From: a virus
Lineage: Duplodnaviria > Heunggongvirae > Uroviricota > Caudoviricetes
Strand: one strand, 5' to 3'
Length of the DNA: 53,083 nucleotides
IMG/VR virus record: IMGVR_UViG_3300021255_000139
Below, one piece after another: positions 48,555 through 53,083 of the stretch; position 1 is the first letter of the stretch, and every line of letters begins with the position of its first letter. The notes beneath the pieces are model-generated. The model ran no database searches. It worked only from the letters and a program-made list of their open reading frames with translations, and had not been told where the DNA came from. The position numbers and the translations under genes were made by a program.

Positions 48555-48790
48555 TTATCTCCAAGACTGTTGCTTATGACTGATATTCTCCATCTGTGTA
48601 AAGCTGCTACATTTTTGAAGTCGGGGATTTCTGAAATGTCAACATTGATTTCAAAATCCTTAAACAAAGCAACAGTTTCTTTAATGTCTTTATTTGTTGG
48701 TTTTACTTTTATCGAATCTTCAATCTGTCGGATTCTGTTAATCTCATGTTGAAGGTGCTTTTCTTCAACCGTTTCAATATCTTGTCTCAT
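48551..48790 (-). CDS. Small hypothetical protein coupled to the polymerase gene
   Basis: 79 aa; ATGA overlap. Confidence 0.7.
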   Translation of the reverse strand: MRQDIETVEEKHLQHEINRIRQIEDSIKVKPTNKDIKETVALFKDFEINVDISEIPDFKNVAALHRWRISVISNSLGDK

Positions 48791-48809
48791 TTAGCTATCT
48801 ATACTTCCT

Positions 48810-49181
48810 TCATTTTTGGTTGATGTAATAATATCCATCATAGACCTTTATTTCTGGCTGACTCAAAAATGAGCATACAGTGATTGCTTGAACTTTCGAG
48901 AATACAAGACCAGAATTACCACTGTAAATCTCGTTCAAAGCATCATTGACTGTCTGAACAAATTCCTCGCCAAGTTCTTTATTCTTTTTCAGTTTCTTTC
49001 CTTCTGGATGATATCTTTTTGCCGATATCAATATTTCTCTGATAAGTTTCTCATTTTGATTTTCTTCCGCAAGTGGAGTACCATCATATTTTCTTATCGT
49101 GTATTCATTCGCTCCTGAACTGCAATCATTTATATATCCTTTCGGCAACCAGAAACAATTTAATACTTCTTGTTTCGTCAT
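48810..49181 (-). CDS. Hypothetical protein
   Basis: 123 aa; GGAG RBS. Confidence 0.7.
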   Translation of the reverse strand: MTKQEVLNCFWLPKGYINDCSSGANEYTIRKYDGTPLAEENQNEKLIREILISAKRYHPEGKKLKKNKELGEEFVQTVNDALNEIYSGNSGLVFSKVQAITVCSFLSQPEIKVYDGYYYINQK

Positions 49182-49232
49182 CTAATTATGTCATTCTCCA
49201 ATTTATGTTTTTCATTATGTGCGAGAACTCCA

Positions 49233-49790
49233 TTATTCATAGCTGCCGTAAATATTAAACACAAGATTTCCAGTGTATGTTGTTCCGTTATCTGCCGGAC
49301 GAGATTCGCCAGAATCAGCATTCAGTTGAAGTGTTCCTCCTACATTCTTGCTTGAATCGCCGTAGAAGATAGCAGCAGTCACATCAGTGTATTCATAAGT
49401 GCCACCGCCCATATGTAAATCTACATCATCACTGGTACGCCGGATTCTATACGCAAGATAATTTGAATTTGATCCATCTTCCGGGTAAAGGTATGTATTA
49501 TAACTTGTCATTCCGTTGAAAACAGAGCGATCAAGTTCAACATGAACCGCATACGAATCATCCAGCGCAGAAATCTCAGTCATAGAGATTTCAATCTCTG
49601 ACTCATTGTTCAGATCAAGACTTGAAGGAATCGAAATTTCATATGCGTTTGTATCTCCAGCCTGTTCTTCTGTATATGTCAAACTAACCGACTGCTGTTC
49701 ATCTGCAGAGGCTGTTATTGGATTTAGCACAACAGTTCCAAAAACTGCGACCAGAAAAAGAGTAGTAATTATCTTGTTAATTTTCCTCAC
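49233..49790 (-). CDS. Secreted/cell-surface protein (WxL-like C-terminus)
   Basis: Signal peptide ending ASA-D; YEISIP and terminal GTTYTGNLVFNI patterns. Confidence 0.7.
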   Translation of the reverse strand: MRKINKIITTLFLVAVFGTVVLNPITASADEQQSVSLTYTEEQAGDTNAYEISIPSSLDLNNESEIEISMTEISALDDSYAVHVELDRSVFNGMTSYNTYLYPEDGSNSNYLAYRIRRTSDDVDLHMGGGTYEYTDVTAAIFYGDSSKNVGGTLQLNADSGESRPADNGTTYTGNLVFNIYGSYE

Positions 49791-49793
49791 GTT

Positions 49794-50306
49794 TTATTCC
49801 TCAACTTTCAATGTAAAATTCATCTTTGAGCCATTTAGCTTTGTTCCATCGTTTGCATAGCACTCGTATAAAATATATGCAGATATATATTGTGGCTGCA
49901 TTGGCTTTGTAATCTGAATATGCTTAATTGACTTTCCGGGTGCTATCAAATCAGATTCATAAATAACATTATCGCCAGTCATCATCTTAATCTTGAAATT
50001 GATACCGTTGTTTGATTCTGGATTATAGAAGTTTACATCTTGCTCAACTGTGCTTGCCTTAAACACCATAGAATCCCAACATGGTATAATCGTTTGTAGT
50101 GCGTGATTTGGTTCTGGCATAGTATCTTCTGCATTTTCATCAAAAATGATAGCACGAGTATTTATATATTCGTTATTGTGTAATGTTAAAAGTCTGATTA
50201 CCAGAAATCCGCACAGCCCGATAAACAAGCATATAAAAAATACAAGTATGGTTCTCAAAGTGTGATTGTCTTTCGTTTCATTTTTGTTATTATATTTATT
50301 TGGCAT
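49794..50306 (-). CDS. Single-pass membrane protein, probable partner of the secreted protein
   Basis: Likely start MPNKY with GAGG RBS; one TM helix; FYNPESN..IYESDLIAPG. Confidence 0.7.
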   Translation of the reverse strand: MPNKYNNKNETKDNHTLRTILVFFICLFIGLCGFLVIRLLTLHNNEYINTRAIIFDENAEDTMPEPNHALQTIIPCWDSMVFKASTVEQDVNFYNPESNNGINFKIKMMTGDNVIYESDLIAPGKSIKHIQITKPMQPQYISAYILYECYANDGTKLNGSKMNFTLKVEE

Positions 50307-50358
50307 TTTAAATCCTCGCACATAACATAGTAATCTGGATAAACTTCCAGTCACAGAT

Positions 50359-50386
50359 ATTATACCACACTGAATGTAAAAGTCAA
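50359..50386 (-). promoter_or_regulatory. Sigma-A promoter facing the surface-protein and polymerase genes
   Basis: TTGACT, 16 bp spacer, TATAAT with extended TG. Confidence 0.7.
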
Positions 50387-50466
50387 GATGTATTTATAAA
50401 TTCGGTAAAGTGCAAAACGATGCTGCAGTCTCTGGTGCGAGAGCCGAGAAATTTGAAGTTGTGTAT

Positions 50467-50492
50467 TATATATATATATATATATATATATA
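50467..50492. repeat. (TA)13 microsatellite
   Basis: Read directly from the sequence. Confidence 0.95.
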
Positions 50493-51989
50493 AAGAGAAC
50501 TCTATTATATATAATAATATACTGTATATCTTTTATATAATATATACTTAAGAACATTATAATACTTACTTTAAAGTATAATATACATCTCTATATAATT
50601 TACTCTATATATAACCTATACTTTTATTCCTTAATACGTATTATAATATTCTTTATTTTTCGCTTTGCTCAGAATGTCTTACAACCAAACGAAAGGAGAG
50701 TGTCACACTATTGTTTTGTGATCCGTGTTGGAGTGCAGATATAAAAGAGAAGTGCAGCGGCAATGATAAAGTGGATCAATTTGCGCACCATATGATTTTT
50801 TCTTTTGGCTGGGAGTTCGAGAAGCCACCGAACTTTTTATAATGAAGAAATTGCGGAAAGTCGCTATTTTACGGCATTTTCTCGAAGTTAAGGCTCTGGA
50901 TGAAGCTGGGGCTGGGTATCAGATTTTCGCACAAAATTCAGCCGAATCTCTCAACCTCGATAAAGTTACAGTTTTACGTTATTATTTGAATTTTTTTGAT
51001 GAAATTCTTTTATTTTTTTGGTTTTTTCGCACAATCTAAAGCCGAAAAATAACGGAATTATGTTGTTTTGTCGAGCAGTAGCATCGAGCTTTTTGAAGGG
51101 AATTTTAGTTCGGAAGAGGTTTTGAAGGGGGAGAGTGAGAATGACCTCGATAGCACAGCGGATCGCAGTTGTCAAGCCCTAAAATGTAAAATATCCCCGG
51201 AGTGCTGGCAAGGCTGCCGGGATCAGTGCCAAAAATGACATTTTTACAATGATTTTTGAATGCTACTTTTTGAGGGTAAGTAGCATTGAATAAGCCCGGA
51301 TCAGTGCCGGGAGTAGCAGCCCGGAGGGAATCGAACAAATATTCGAGAAATGAAACGAAAATTTTATCGTGGTAAAGCATTAAAAGGGTAAAGACTTTAA
51401 CACGGTGAAGCGGTAAAATCGGCTCGGTGGGAAAATCGAAAAATTAAAAACACAACTTACGATTTAATATTTCTATCAAAAACATATTAAATCTATTTAA
51501 AATATTTATAGCACAATCAATAGTTACACTAAAAATAATAGATACTATAAAAAATATAGTAATGGCTTGTTATGGTGCGAGAAAAAATAAAAAACAATTT
51601 TTTATTCAATCCAGTAAATACAGAGTGCGACTAAATATAAAAAAATTGTTTTTCCCTAAATAAAAATGATTTCATCCAGTGCGAAAAATCCAGCTTATAA
51701 AATTATAAAAATCTATCTGTATTCAGTCCGATAATTCAATAAACTATTTATTGTTTATCCTTTTATGATCCTCTTTATTCAGTGCGATAAATAATAAATA
51801 ATAATAACTATGATACTATGATAATAGATAATGTATAATAGTATAGTGTTATGTACTGGTATAATAAATAATAATATATATAATAGTATAAGTGTCTGTA
51901 TTCAGTGCGATAAATCTATAATAGAATAGTGCGGATCAGTCCAGCAGATCAGGCAGCGGAAACAATCAAAAAATTTTTTAAAAAACCTC

Positions 51990-52018
51990 TTGACAAACAA
52001 ATAAAGCGATGATAATAT
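51990..52018 (+). promoter_or_regulatory. Early sigma-A promoter 1
   Basis: TTGACA, 17 bp spacer, TAATAT with extended TG and an A/T-rich UP region. Confidence 0.8.
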
Positions 52019-52072
52019 AAGCACAACAAAACAAAAACACAACTTACAACAAAAAGCCCGGAGGTATTAAAA

Positions 52073-52279
52073 ATGAAAAGAGCAAAACAGACAGAAACAA
52101 TGATCAATGTTACAAATGAATATCTTAAAAATAATCACATTAAAACAGAATCCGATCCCGTGTTTATCGTTATGACTCACGCTTTAATTGAGGCTGGTAT
52201 ATACAGAGGATTTAATTATTATAAAGCCGATGGAGTTTTGAGCGGCGGCGTTAATACAGACTATATACAGATATACTAA
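52073..52279 (+). CDS. Small early hypothetical protein
   Basis: GGAGG RBS; has its own promoter and terminator. Confidence 0.8.
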   Translation: MKRAKQTETMINVTNEYLKNNHIKTESDPVFIVMTHALIEAGIYRGFNYYKADGVLSGGVNTDYIQIY

Positions 52280-52307
52280 ACAATGAATAGATAAATACAG
52301 ATACAAT

Positions 52308-52335
52308 AAAAGCGGCTGGAAACGGTCGCTTTTTT
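52308..52335 (+). terminator. Intrinsic terminator
   Basis: AAAAGCGGCTG-GAAA-CGGTCGCTTTTTT. Confidence 0.8.
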
Positions 52336-52384
52336 AGTGCGATGATCCCGGAAAAATCTTTTTAAATTTTTTTGAAAAAAGCAC

Positions 52385-52413
52385 TTGACAAACAAATAAA
52401 GCCGTGATAATAT
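52385..52413 (+). promoter_or_regulatory. Early sigma-A promoter 2 (near copy of promoter 1)
   Basis: TTGACAAACAAATAAAGC..TGATAATAT. Confidence 0.8.
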
Positions 52414-52467
52414 ACAGTCAAGAACAAAGAAAACAAACACAACTTACAAATAAACGGGAGGTACAAA

Positions 52468-52938
52468 ATGAAATACTTTACAAACGTTAGAACACTTGAA
52501 GAGTTAAGAAAAGAATATAAAAGACTGGTAAAACAGTATCATCCCGATAATGGCGGCGATACAGAGACAATAAAAGAAATCAATGCAGAATATGATAAGA
52601 TGTTTAAAATCCTCGAAAATGGATCAGCAAATAAAAAAGATTTTGACATTGATTTAGATGCAGCTATCCGGGAGGCAATAAACAATATTATTAATCTGAA
52701 TGTAAACATTGAAATTTGCGGTACTTGGATTTGGATCAGCGGAAACACTTACAAAGTAAAAGAAGAATTAAAAGCGGCTGGTTTTAAATGGTGCAGTAAT
52801 AAAAAAATGTGGTCATGGCATTTTGGAGTATATGCAAGAAAAGGAAATAAAAAAACAGATATGGCATATATTAGAAATAAATACGGATCGCAGATTATTA
52901 AAAGCGAAAACAGAAACAAAGAATTGACAAATAAATAA
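52468..52938 (+). CDS. J-domain (DnaJ-like) protein
   Basis: ELRKEYKRLVKQYHPDNGG..KEINAEY with the HPD motif; GGAGG RBS. Confidence 0.88.
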   Translation: MKYFTNVRTLEELRKEYKRLVKQYHPDNGGDTETIKEINAEYDKMFKILENGSANKKDFDIDLDAAIREAINNIINLNVNIEICGTWIWISGNTYKVKEELKAAGFKWCSNKKMWSWHFGVYARKGNKKTDMAYIRNKYGSQIIKSENRNKELTNK

Positions 52939-52947
52939 ATACCATAG

Positions 52948-52987
52948 AAAACAGATAGAAAATAAAAATCTATCTGTTTTTTATTTT
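52948..52987 (+). terminator. Intrinsic terminator
   Basis: AAAACAGATAGA/TCTATCTGTTTT stem followed by T tract. Confidence 0.7.
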
Positions 52988-52989
52988 GT

Positions 52990-53083
52990 GCGGATGCAGC
53001 TTTCCGGGATCGTGTGAGAGTCCAGCGGATGCAGCTTTCCGGGATCGTGTGAGAGTCCAGCGGATGCAGCTTTCCGGGATCGT
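52990..53083. repeat. 35-bp perfect tandem repeat, >=2.7 copies, cut by the window end
   Basis: Unit GCGGATGCAGCTTTCCGGGATCGTGTGAGAGTCCA starts at 52990, 53025 and 53060. Confidence 0.95.

Noticed and set aside
50360..51380. Short ORFs in the divergent region
   Set aside because: No clear RBS, low complexity and mutually overlapping; treated as non-coding
52990..53083. CRISPR array
   Set aside because: Units are contiguous and identical with no unique spacers; no cas genes in the window

Overview
53 kb of a large, AT-rich tailed phage (siphovirus-type; host probably a Firmicute/Clostridia, inferred from sigma-A promoters and gene families). Gene order resembles Bacillus phage SPbeta. On the minus strand, right to left: two host-like surface-protein genes, a YonO-type single-subunit RNA polymerase with a coupled zinc-finger gene, a metallophosphoesterase, 14 tRNA genes plus a glycosyltransferase, terminase, portal, protease/scaffold, capsid, head-tail and tail genes, a tyrosine recombinase, tape measure protein (TMP), distal tail, tail tip, and a >2000-aa CotH/LamG/LRR tail protein that runs off the left end (absent from the ORF track). 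Right of ~50.4 kb is a divergent non-coding region followed by small plus-strand early genes. Main observations: (1) the TMP gene is in three pieces separated by two group I-type introns whose splice sites can be read from their guide sequences (predicted product 3109 aa). Intron 1 has a C-G pair at the 5' splice site and an endonuclease ORF. Intron 2 has a 17-bp P10 guide, a non-canonical P7, and carries an antisense, separately promoted zinc-ribbon gene. (2) The tRNA array contains five copies of an RNA motif I do not recognise (covarying 8-bp stem + CAGCAA + variable interior), one of which encloses a degenerate tRNA. All family assignments are by eye, with no database searches.
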